Below are positions 8,328 to 16,855 of a stretch of DNA of 64,000 nucleotides, in pieces (positions within the stretch are counted from its first letter, which is position 1; each line of letters starts with the position of its first letter). The stretch spans positions 2,091 through 66,090 of the forward strand of contig JAYOEZ010000003.1 in NCBI GenBank assembly GCA_038116985.1, given 5' to 3'. Under the pieces are notes generated by a model. The model made no database searches. It worked only from the letters and a program-made list of their open reading frames with translations, and was not told the origin of the DNA. The stretch comes from Alphaproteobacteria bacterium (GTDB lineage: Bacteria > Pseudomonadota > Alphaproteobacteria > SHVP01). The translations under genes were made by a program, and so were the position numbers.

Positions 8328-9743
8328 GTGACGTACGCACAGCCCCCCAAAGGGGATTACATAGTCGAGGCGGGCTGGGTTCTTGCACTCGAGCATGGCG
8401 AACCTAGTCTCATTGAGCGAGGCAGGCTTCGCGTCGAGGGCGACCGGGTCCATGCGGTCGGCTGTGATATTCCGGCGAACGGCCTTCCTGAGATTTCGAT
8501 GCCGGGGCACCTTCTGCTTCCGGGTCTCATTAGCGGACATACCCATGTGGCGAGCGCCACCCCGACGCGCGGCATCATCGAGGGGGGCCGCTCTTATTCC
8601 CGTCCGATCAAGCTTATCGACCAACTAGACGATGATGAGCTGGATGCGCTTACTGCGTTCAACCTCGCCGAAATACTCAAGGCAGGCTGTACGACCCAAG
8701 TGGAAATGAGTCTCAGCCTGCGCCAGGCGGAATCCTACGCGCGGGTCGCAGGTCCCTGGGGTGCGCGAGGCTATGTCGGCGGCATGATCCCGGGAACGTC
8801 ACGTCTCAACCCGATCTGGTTTCGCCAGGAGGACTCCGCGTTGTTCGATTCCGAGTCGGGGACACTCGAGGAGATCGAGGCCAACCTCGATTTCGGGCGG
8901 CGCATCGCTGGCTCGTTCGACGGGCGCATGATGGCAATGATGGCGCCGCACGGAACCGATACGCATACAGGCGAGACGATGAAAGCCATTGTTGGTGCCG
9001 CAAGGGAACTCGAGACCGGTGTGCATATCCACCTATCCCAGCGCGCTGCAGAAACGGATGCCGTGAGGCGCCTGCACGGTGGTCTGTCACCGACACAGTG
9101 GCTCGAGTCTCTCGGCGCACTGGACGGCCCTTTCTTCGGTGCGCACATGATGGCGCTCGACTGGTCGACGGATCCCGACATCTTGAAACGGAACGGTGCG
9201 ATCTACGCGCACTGTCCCTCTGCAGGTGGTGCCGGCGGCGCGACCCAACCTTATCCCGAAGCGCTTGCAGCGGGGATCGCGACGAATGTCGCCATCGATA
9301 CTCACTCCAACGATCTGTTGGAAAATGTGAAGTTGGCTGTCCTCCTCGGGAAGGCGCGCGCGAAGCTTCAGATTGCTCACGGCGTGACGGCGCGGGCGCC
9401 TACGATTCGCGACGCGGTCGACGGCGCGACGATCGTAGCGGCAGATGGTCTGCGGCGCACCGATCTCGGGCGACTCGCGCCTGGGGCCAAGGCCGACTTT
9501 GTCGCGATCGATGTCTCGAATTGGCTTGTCGGCGCCGGTGCGGCGCCACTCGAGCCACTGAACAACCTGCTCTACGCAAACGGCACCGCTGTCTCGCACG
9601 TCGCCATTGATGGACGCTTTGTAGTCTTCGACGGTCGCCTTCAGTGCGCCGATGAGGAGGAGGTCTTTGCGCGCGGCGCGGCGGTCAACCGCAAGATCTG
9701 GCGTCAGCTTGCAGACGAAGACTGGTTTGAGGGGGTGAGCTAG
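8328..9743 (+). CDS. Metal-dependent amidohydrolase (chlorohydrolase/aminohydrolase-like)
   Basis: 471 aa with HxH motif (LISGHTHVAS), later HIHLSQ, AHCP and IDTHSND blocks typical of the amidohydrolase_1 TIM barrel. GTG start with AAGAGG about 10 nt upstream. Confidence 0.8.
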   Translation: MTYAQPPKGDYIVEAGWVLALEHGEPSLIERGRLRVEGDRVHAVGCDIPANGLPEISMPGHLLLPGLISGHTHVASATPTRGIIEGGRSYSRPIKLIDQLDDDELDALTAFNLAEILKAGCTTQVEMSLSLRQAESYARVAGPWGARGYVGGMIPGTSRLNPIWFRQEDSALFDSESGTLEEIEANLDFGRRIAGSFDGRMMAMMAPHGTDTHTGETMKAIVGAARELETGVHIHLSQRAAETDAVRRLHGGLSPTQWLESLGALDGPFFGAHMMALDWSTDPDILKRNGAIYAHCPSAGGAGGATQPYPEALAAGIATNVAIDTHSNDLLENVKLAVLLGKARAKLQIAHGVTARAPTIRDAVDGATIVAADGLRRTDLGRLAPGAKADFVAIDVSNWLVGAGAAPLEPLNNLLYANGTAVSHVAIDGRFVVFDGRLQCADEEEVFARGAAVNRKIWRQLADEDWFEGVS

Positions 9744-10735
9744 TGGAGCGGATCAGGGACGTAGTTGCCGAGCATATGGCGCGAAGCGACAGCGGCTGGT
9801 CCATCGGCGCCTTCGGAGCCATCGCGGAGTTCATGCGCGACCCTGGCGAGCCGTTGCTGTCAGTGGGCGACGGCGAAGTGGCGACGAGCCGGGGCGCGAT
9901 GCGCATTCGCCTAACGCCCGAGACTTTGGCCATGGCCTACGAGACCGTGAGTGCCCGTCCGGAGCGCTGGCTGCACGGGGTTGCATTTTGCCTGGATGAT
10001 GCGCGCGCCCGCATGACGGGGCGCACGGTCTTCACTGAGCTCGGGCCAGACCGGCAGGCAATTCTGGAAGCCGACCGCACGGGAATCCTGTTTGACATCG
10101 GCGCCGGTGCCGACAACGTGGATGCTTGCGTACGGGCTCATGATCCTGACGTGGTCGCTGAACTTCGCTCGCTGGAAGGTGTGCGCGTGATAGAGGATTC
10201 CGACGCCATGGCACGGCTTGTTGCGACCAACCCGCATCGCGTCTTCGAATCTCGGCTTGGACGCATCGAAGTGCGCCAACGCATCGGGTCGCACGATGCA
10301 GATCCGCCGACGCCGGAAGGGCCGCATACGCACGTGCTTCCCAAGGTGCTCGCCAAGGGACGCACGCATTCGGCCAACCTGCCGCTGCCGACGGGCCTTG
10401 TGCCGTGTCTCAACCTCTATCCCGCCAACCCGACTTTTGATGCGCTTGGACGTCCGAGGTCGTTCGATCACGCCGCGCATGAACGCTTTCAGGCGCTCCT
10501 CGAGGTTTGGGGCGACCGCGAATGCTATCGCCTGAAGGCGCGACTGGCCGCTGCAGTGAAGGCTGGCGAACCGCCGAGTTCCTTCCGTCCGGACGGGCGC
10601 TATGCACGGGCCGCGGCACGTGTTGCGCTGCGACAATATCCCCATGTGGCGGATGATGCGGGAAGTCTTGCAGCCTGGCGGGAAATCCACGATCCGCCGC
10701 GATTTGAGCCCGAAGACCACCACCCGGATCACTAG
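9743..10735 (+). CDS. Hypothetical protein (330 aa), translationally coupled to the amidohydrolase
   Basis: The GTG start shares one base with the upstream TAG (TAGTG). No motif I can name, but there is a His-rich patch (PEGPHTHVLPKVLAKGRTHS). Coding is supported by length, coupling and ordinary amino-acid composition. Confidence 0.55.
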   Translation: MERIRDVVAEHMARSDSGWSIGAFGAIAEFMRDPGEPLLSVGDGEVATSRGAMRIRLTPETLAMAYETVSARPERWLHGVAFCLDDARARMTGRTVFTELGPDRQAILEADRTGILFDIGAGADNVDACVRAHDPDVVAELRSLEGVRVIEDSDAMARLVATNPHRVFESRLGRIEVRQRIGSHDADPPTPEGPHTHVLPKVLAKGRTHSANLPLPTGLVPCLNLYPANPTFDALGRPRSFDHAAHERFQALLEVWGDRECYRLKARLAAAVKAGEPPSSFRPDGRYARAAARVALRQYPHVADDAGSLAAWREIHDPPRFEPEDHHPDH

Positions 10736-10774
10736 TTCCGTCCCCGACCTTGACTCTGTGGCCGTCGGCAGTGC

Positions 10775-10960
10775 CACAATGGCGGCGACGGTTCCCCGCA
10801 AGGGGTGAAAAGGGAACACGGTGAGGCGCGAGCCGAAGCCGTGGCTGCCCCCGCAACTGTAATCGGCGAGTGTGTGCCACTTGTGCCACTGGGTTATCCC
10901 GGGAAGGCCGGCATAGCGCAAAGACCCGTAAGCCAGGAGACCTGCCGTCGCCGTCACCCA
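10775..10960 (+). promoter_or_regulatory. Cobalamin (AdoCbl) riboswitch
   Basis: Conserved core read directly: GGTTCCCCGCAAGGGGTGAAAAGGGAACACGGTGAG, GCTGCCCCCGCAACTGTAA, B12 box GCCACTGGG (10885-), CCCGGGAAGGCC, AGCCAGGAGACCTGCC. Closing helix is GGCGGCGACGG (10781-10791) / CCGTCGCCGTC (10945-10955). It sits upstream of a TonB-dependent receptor. Confidence 0.9.
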
Positions 10961-11157
10961 ACCGTCGGTCGGGGCGCCCGGTGGTGCGGATTTCCGTAGC
11001 GGTGACGACGGTCTTGTACGTCGCAGCTAGCGGGTCCGCGTGTGATGGAATCGTTTTCCCTTCTCGTGATCTCCGATTCAGAGCTTTCGGTGTCGTGTTG
11101 GCGCCGAAGTTTCAGTGCTGCGGGCGTGCGTCGTTCTCACAGCCTTCGGAGACAGCA

Positions 11158-13068
11158 ATGATGAGAAAGAACGCAATTGTGGCGGCAGGCCTGGTTGGTC
11201 TTGCTGCTGTGTCGGCCACCAGCCCGGTTTACGGTCAGGCCCTCCTGCCAGAGACCGTGGTCAGCGCGACGCGCATTCCGGTGCCGGCCGAGCGGGTCGG
11301 CGGGTCGGTGACCGTGATCGATGAGGAGGATCTGTCGCGCAAGCAGCGACGAACGCTGTCCGACGCCCTGCTCGATGTTCCGGGTACCCGAGCGGTTCAG
11401 CTCGGTGGACCCGGCCGCCAGTCGTCGTTCTTCATTCGTGGCGCGAACTCGAACCACGTTCTTGTTCTACTCGATGGAATCGAGATAGGCGATCCAAGCG
11501 CGCCTGCCGGCGCCTATGACTTCGGCAACCTTTTCCTCGGCGGCGCCGGCAGAATCGAGGTGCTGCGCGGCGCGCCCGCCTCAACCTACGGGTCCGACGC
11601 AATCGGCGGTGCCGTCAATATCGTCACGGCGCCAGCGATCGCCGACAGTACCTCGGTGCAACTTGAGGGCGGCTCCTTCGGGACGCTGAGCCAGGCTGCA
11701 CGCGCCAGCCGAGTAACGGGCGAGTGGTCGATCGCGACGTCGTTCGCCCATGCCAAGAGCGGCGGCGAACCGGTCACGGGGCAACGCTTCACGCCGGCCA
11801 ACGGTACGAACGAGGAAGATGGATACGAGAATTTCTCCGGATCCTTCGTGCTTGACGGGACGGTCGCCTCGAATGTCGATTTCCGGCTTATTGCCCACGC
11901 ATTTCAAACGGATGTTGAGCTCGATCCGACGGCGCAAGACCCGGACTCGAACTCCGAAACCAAGCAGTACTTCCTTCGTGTACAAGGAGCACGGCCGTTC
12001 TATCAGGAGCAGTGGGTCCCGACGTTCGGCCTGAACGTCACCCACGTCCGGCGTGAATTCTTCAACGATCCGGATTCCTTGGCGAACACCTTCCAGCGGA
12101 ACCAAAACACCGGGCGGCGCGTGAAGGTCGACTGGCGGAACGACGTCTTCGTTTTCCCCGATCACCAGATCATGGTTGGCTTCGAGTACGAGCACGAGAA
12201 GTTCGAGAACACGCAGTTCGCCAACTTCAGTGGCTTCGTCGTCTCAGGCAATTCCGGTGAGACATCGTCTTCGCGGACGATCTACGTACAGGACACCTAT
12301 GCCTGGAGTGATCGGGCGTTCGTTACCGCCGACGTCCGCTACGACGACAACACCCGTTTCTCGGGGAAAACGACATACCGCATAAGTCCGGTGCTGCTGC
12401 TGCCCGACCGCGGCATGAGGCTGCGCGGTGCGCTGGGAACCGGTTTCCGGACACCGGCGCTTTTCGAACTGTTCGGCAGCACCAACAGCTTCAACGGGAA
12501 CCGCAATCTCGTACCTGAGGAAAGCACGAACTGGGAGTTCGGCGTCGACAAGTCGTTCCTGTCCGGACGGCTCGACACGGGGCTCACCTACTTCTCGAAT
12601 CGCATCGAGAACATCATCGTCTCGTCGGGCAATCCGTCGACGCCGAGCAACGTCCGCGAAGCTGACATCAACGGCGTGGAGGCGACGCTATCGTTCGCGG
12701 CTTCTTCCTCAGTCCGTGTTGAGGGTGGCTACACGTTCACGGCTGCGGAGAATGCCGATACGGGCCAGGTGTTTCAGCGTCGCCCGAAGCATCAGGCAGA
12801 TATCGACCTGCGCTGGCAAGCGCGTCGCGACGCATCGCTGAGTGCGCTTATAGGGTACGTCGGCGAAACGCGTGACGCGGGGTTCAACGGCGGGACCGTC
12901 TATCGTGGCGGATACGCGGTGTTCGACCTGCGCGGCGATTGGCAGGTGCGCGAGGACATCCTTGCCTTCGCGCGAATCGACAACCTATTCGATAACGACT
13001 ACGAGGTCGCGGATGGGTTTCGGGGGCCAAGCCGGGGTATCTTCGTTGGGTTAAGCGCGAGGTTCTGA
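11158..13068 (+). CDS. btuB: TonB-dependent outer-membrane receptor, vitamin B12 type
   Basis: The track ORF starts at 10870 but that part overlaps the riboswitch. The ATG at 11158 gives a signal peptide (MMRKNAIVAAGLVGLAAVSATSPVYGQ), a TonB box (ETVVSATRIP), a plug domain and a C-terminal aromatic residue (GLSARF). Riboswitch context supports B12 specificity. Confidence 0.85.
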   Translation: MMRKNAIVAAGLVGLAAVSATSPVYGQALLPETVVSATRIPVPAERVGGSVTVIDEEDLSRKQRRTLSDALLDVPGTRAVQLGGPGRQSSFFIRGANSNHVLVLLDGIEIGDPSAPAGAYDFGNLFLGGAGRIEVLRGAPASTYGSDAIGGAVNIVTAPAIADSTSVQLEGGSFGTLSQAARASRVTGEWSIATSFAHAKSGGEPVTGQRFTPANGTNEEDGYENFSGSFVLDGTVASNVDFRLIAHAFQTDVELDPTAQDPDSNSETKQYFLRVQGARPFYQEQWVPTFGLNVTHVRREFFNDPDSLANTFQRNQNTGRRVKVDWRNDVFVFPDHQIMVGFEYEHEKFENTQFANFSGFVVSGNSGETSSSRTIYVQDTYAWSDRAFVTADVRYDDNTRFSGKTTYRISPVLLLPDRGMRLRGALGTGFRTPALFELFGSTNSFNGNRNLVPEESTNWEFGVDKSFLSGRLDTGLTYFSNRIENIIVSSGNPSTPSNVREADINGVEATLSFAASSSVRVEGGYTFTAAENADTGQVFQRRPKHQADIDLRWQARRDASLSALIGYVGETRDAGFNGGTVYRGGYAVFDLRGDWQVREDILAFARIDNLFDNDYEVADGFRGPSRGIFVGLSARF

Positions 13069-13070
13069 TC

Positions 13071-13898
13071 TTGTTCGAGCGGCGCCATCGCGGGTTCCTG
13101 ATTGCCGTGTCCGTACTCGTGTTGGCGCCGCTCGGCTTGGCGCACGCGTCCGCCGATCGCGTGGTCTCCATCAACCTTTGTGCTGATCAATTCCTTGCGC
13201 TCCTGATCCATCCCGGACAGCTCGTGTCCGTGACTCACCTGGCGGGCGTGCCGGAACAGTCGTTCGTGCACGACAGGATCGACGGCCTCTATATCAACAA
13301 GGGGCGGGCGGAAGAGATTCTCGCGCTCGACCCGGATCTGGTGGTCGCCGGGCTCCATGCGGCGCGCCCCGCCGTGTCAATGCTTCAGAAGCTTGGTGTT
13401 GAGGTCATGGATCTGCCGATCCCGAATTCGTTTGCCGATATTCGGGCGCAGACCATGCTGCTGGCACAAAGGCTGGGTGTGGAAGGCAAGGGGCGCGCGC
13501 TTCTCAATGAGATGGATGCGCGCCTTGCGGCGGTGCGGCACCGGCCGCCGAGCCGACGCAGGGCGCTGGTTCTTGGCGCCAACGGATTCACCAACGGTAC
13601 TGGAACCCTGATCGACGAAGTGCTCAAGGGGGCTGGGCTGCGCAACGTCGCGGTGGAAGACCTGAAAATCCGAGGTTTCGGGCAGGTGGGGCTGGAAGAC
13701 ATTCTAAGCGCCGATCCAGATCTGATTGTCGTGAATCAGTCGACAAATGAGGCACCGTCTCTGGCGGGGGCCTTTCTGCAGCACCCGGCGCTCGCGCGCT
13801 TCGCCGATCGAACGGTTACCGTCGATCCTAGCCTGTGGACTTGCGGCGGACCGTTTACCGCCCGCATGGTCGAGTATCTGAACGGTGCCGCACAATGA
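13071..13898 (+). CDS. btuF: ABC transporter periplasmic substrate-binding protein (BtuF/siderophore class)
   Basis: 275 aa with TTG start and signal peptide (FLIAVSVLVLAPLGLAHASA). Cluster-A-type binding protein blocks are present (RVVSINLCADQ, DPDLVV, DPDLIVV). It lies in the riboswitch-controlled operon. Confidence 0.75.
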   Translation: MFERRHRGFLIAVSVLVLAPLGLAHASADRVVSINLCADQFLALLIHPGQLVSVTHLAGVPEQSFVHDRIDGLYINKGRAEEILALDPDLVVAGLHAARPAVSMLQKLGVEVMDLPIPNSFADIRAQTMLLAQRLGVEGKGRALLNEMDARLAAVRHRPPSRRRALVLGANGFTNGTGTLIDEVLKGAGLRNVAVEDLKIRGFGQVGLEDILSADPDLIVVNQSTNEAPSLAGAFLQHPALARFADRTVTVDPSLWTCGGPFTARMVEYLNGAAQ

Positions 13899-14926
13899 CC
13901 TCAGTATCTCCCGTGCCGCGGCGCACAGGCGCGAAGCCCTGGGCAGCATGGTTGTCGGCCGGACTTGCGGTCTTGCTACTGGTTCTGCTGGTCGTTTCGG
14001 TGGCCGTCGGTACGGTGCCACTGGTGCTCATCGATGCCGTCCGCGAGGCGTTGCGTGGTGATGCGACGACCGCGGCGCTAATACTTGGCGAGATCCGTTT
14101 GCCTCGGGCGGTCCTCGCCGCGCTTGTCGGCGCGACTCTCGGTCTTGCGGGCGCATCCATGCAAGGGTTGCTGCGCAATCCGCTGGCGGAGCCGGGCATT
14201 CTGGGCGTCTCGGCGACGGCCGCTTTAGGTGCGGTTCTGGTCCTGTATTTCGGTCTGTCCCAGATGTTCGCAATGGCTCTGCCGCTGGGCGGTATGCTCG
14301 GGGCGCTCGTCGCGGTGATGGTTACCTATGGGTTGGCCGGTCGTGATTCGAGCGTGCTGACGCTGATCTTGGCGGGAGTAGCAATCAATGCATTCGCCGG
14401 CGCCCTCACGTCGCTCGCTCTGAATCTTGCGCCCAGCCCCTACGCCGCCCTTGAGATCGTTTTTTGGCTTCTCGGATCGGTTGCCGACCGATCGTACGAT
14501 CATGTCGCGCTCGCGTTGCCGTTCATGGTTGTGGGCTGGCTCATGATGGCCGGAACCGGTCGTGCACTCAACGCTCTCTCCCTCGGTGAGGACGTGGCGA
14601 AGTCCCTCGGCATCAACCTGCCCATGGCGCGTTTCCGCATCATCGTGGGGACGGCCTTAGCGGTCGGCGCCGCCGTTTCGGTGACGGGCACAATCGGGTT
14701 TGTAGGTCTTGTCGTGCCACACCTCCTGCGCCCACTTGTCGGCTACGAGCCGGGACGCCTGATGATCCCGAGCGCGTTCGGTGGCGCTGCGCTGGTCGTC
14801 GCGGCGGACATCGTAACGCGACTCGTCCCGGCTAGCAGCGAGCTCAAGCTCGGGGTGGTTACGGCCATCGTCGGTGCGCCCTTCTTCCTCTACTTGATCA
14901 TTCACACACGGCGGTTGATGCGATGA
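13895..14926 (+). CDS. btuC: FecCD-family ABC permease (B12/iron-siderophore type)
   Basis: The ATG at 13895 overlaps the btuF stop (ATGA). Multi-pass membrane protein with typical FecCD blocks (RLPRAVLAALVGATLGLAGASMQGLLRNPLAEPGILGVS, GTIGFVGLVVPH). Confidence 0.85.
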   Translation: MTSVSPVPRRTGAKPWAAWLSAGLAVLLLVLLVVSVAVGTVPLVLIDAVREALRGDATTAALILGEIRLPRAVLAALVGATLGLAGASMQGLLRNPLAEPGILGVSATAALGAVLVLYFGLSQMFAMALPLGGMLGALVAVMVTYGLAGRDSSVLTLILAGVAINAFAGALTSLALNLAPSPYAALEIVFWLLGSVADRSYDHVALALPFMVVGWLMMAGTGRALNALSLGEDVAKSLGINLPMARFRIIVGTALAVGAAVSVTGTIGFVGLVVPHLLRPLVGYEPGRLMIPSAFGGAALVVAADIVTRLVPASSELKLGVVTAIVGAPFFLYLIIHTRRLMR

Positions 14927-15723
14927 CCGCCATCGAAACGCAAGACCTGACGGTGTCGCTCGGTTCACGCATCGTGCTGCGCGGGGTGTCGCTGGCCGTC
15001 GAGCGGGGCACGATGGTCGGGCTGATCGGCCCCAACGGCGCCGGCAAGACGACGATGCTTCGCGCGCTGGCTGGCGTGCAGCCGGTTGAGAGCGGGCAAG
15101 TTCTGGTGGGCGGTACGGCTGTCGAAGTGATGAGCCGCGCCGCGCGCGCGCGGGCAGTCTCCTATCTGCCCCAAGGCGCGAACGTTCATTGGCCGCTCGC
15201 CGCGGAGCGTGTGGTGGCACTTGGCCGTTTGCTACACCTGCATGCCTGGGGCCGCTACGGAACGGACGATCATGATGCCGTCCGCCGCGTCTTGGACGAT
15301 GTCGATGCAGTGAGGTTCGCGGAGCGTCCGGTGACGTCGCTGTCGACGGGCGAACGTGCGCGTGTCTTACTGGCGCGCGCGCTCGCAGGCGATCCACAAG
15401 TCTTGCTTGCTGACGAACCGGTGGCAGCGCTCGATCCGAGCCACCAGCTTGACGTCCTTGATCTCCTGCGGCGCAGGTGCGCCGACGGCCTCAGCGTTCT
15501 AGTGGTGTTGCACGATCTCACCCTTGCGGCGCGCTATTGCGACGCGTTGGTGCTCCTGGTTGACGGCGCGGCGCGCCACCACGGAGCGCCGGGTGCGGTT
15601 CTGACGACCGACATCCTCCGCGACGCCTATGGCATTGAGGGGTCGTTGAAGGTGACCGAAGGCGTGCCGTATGTAATAGCGCGCAAGACAATCACGCGCG
15701 GCGGCGGCGAGCCAGTGCGATGA
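14923..15723 (+). CDS. btuD: ABC transporter ATP-binding protein
   Basis: Walker A GPNGAGKTT, signature LSTGERARV and Walker B LLADEP. ATGA overlap with the permease gene. Confidence 0.85.
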   Translation: MTAIETQDLTVSLGSRIVLRGVSLAVERGTMVGLIGPNGAGKTTMLRALAGVQPVESGQVLVGGTAVEVMSRAARARAVSYLPQGANVHWPLAAERVVALGRLLHLHAWGRYGTDDHDAVRRVLDDVDAVRFAERPVTSLSTGERARVLLARALAGDPQVLLADEPVAALDPSHQLDVLDLLRRRCADGLSVLVVLHDLTLAARYCDALVLLVDGAARHHGAPGAVLTTDILRDAYGIEGSLKVTEGVPYVIARKTITRGGGEPVR

Positions 15724-16790
15724 AACCGCTTGTTGCCGCCCTCGGCGCCTCACTCACGATTCACGCCGTGGCTGCGTGGTTCGTGCTGGCCGGGTGGCCG
15801 TTGCCGCCGCCGAATGAGGTGCCGCAGGTGTTTGTCGCCGAGGTCATCTTTGCGGAGATGGCGCCCGAAGGGCCATCGAAGTCTCAGAGAAGTCAGCGCT
15901 CGGTAGTGGCCAAGGCTGACGAGGCTCCCTTCTCCGAGCCTGTGTCGCTCATGGGGAGTATCGCGCAGAATCCGGTTTCATCCGCGCCCAAGGCGAGCGA
16001 CAGGATTCCGGCATTACCAGCGGTAGAGGAAGTCATTGAGCCGGTCATCACGACGGCGGGTACATCGACGGTTGAGCCCGCTGTGTCGGGCGCTCCGATT
16101 GAGATGGCAAAGGCCGTACCCGAGCCGCCATTGCCGTGGGCGACGGATGAAGAGCCGGATGCAACGGATCGCGTCGAATCCCGGTTGGTGGCGCTTGCGT
16201 CTCCCGAGCCTCGGACGTTACCGGTAGTCGATCGGCCCGTCACCGCGACGCGTGTCTTGAGTCCGTGGACGCGAACGCTGCCAGCCACGAAGCCGACCGT
16301 TCGACAGCGATTTCAACCGCAGCCGTCGATCGAGTCCGCGGCAGTGGCTGAACCGGAAAGGGCCGGCTCGACAGCCGAACGCCCCGTGGCGAGCACGCCG
16401 ACAGCGGTGGCGCCGCCATCATCGAGGAGTCCGCGGCCCGCGATCGAGACAGCGGCGCGTTCAGGCGACATACCGGTCGCTGCGACACCCGGCCCAGTAG
16501 ACGCGGTGCCCGTTGCGGGGAACGCACCGCCGCAGTACCCGCGGGTCGCGCGTCTTCGCGGGCTGGAGGGTCGGGTTGTGGTAACGGCTGCAGTCGATCC
16601 GCTGGGTGTGGTGGTTTCGTCCGAGATTGCGGAAACCAGTGGTTTCGCGATGCTCGACCGCGCCGCGCTCGAGGCAGTGCGGCGATGGCGTTTCGAGCCG
16701 GCGCAGCGCAACGGTCGACCGGTTCGGGCGACCATCTCGGTGCCAATCATCTTCACATTAAGGGCCGAACGCGAGATGGTTGCCGACTAG
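15720..16790 (+). CDS. tonB: TonB family energy transducer
   Basis: N-terminal TM segment, long Pro/Ala/Ser-rich spacer, and a C-terminal TonB domain (PPQYPRVARLRGLEGRVVVTAAVDPLG...ALEAVRRWRFEPAQRNGRPV). ATGA overlap with btuD. Confidence 0.85.
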   Translation: MKPLVAALGASLTIHAVAAWFVLAGWPLPPPNEVPQVFVAEVIFAEMAPEGPSKSQRSQRSVVAKADEAPFSEPVSLMGSIAQNPVSSAPKASDRIPALPAVEEVIEPVITTAGTSTVEPAVSGAPIEMAKAVPEPPLPWATDEEPDATDRVESRLVALASPEPRTLPVVDRPVTATRVLSPWTRTLPATKPTVRQRFQPQPSIESAAVAEPERAGSTAERPVASTPTAVAPPSSRSPRPAIETAARSGDIPVAATPGPVDAVPVAGNAPPQYPRVARLRGLEGRVVVTAAVDPLGVVVSSEIAETSGFAMLDRAALEAVRRWRFEPAQRNGRPVRATISVPIIFTLRAEREMVAD

Positions 16791-16855
16791 GCGCCACTAC
16801 GTGACGTGGCGGGCAGCGCCCGCTAGGCTTCGCGCTTTGCGGGTGGAGGTATGTT

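Noticed and set aside
10870-11157. N-terminal 96-codon extension of the btuB ORF given in the track
   Set aside because: It overlaps the 3' half of the cobalamin riboswitch. The signal peptide and TonB box begin only after the ATG at 11158.
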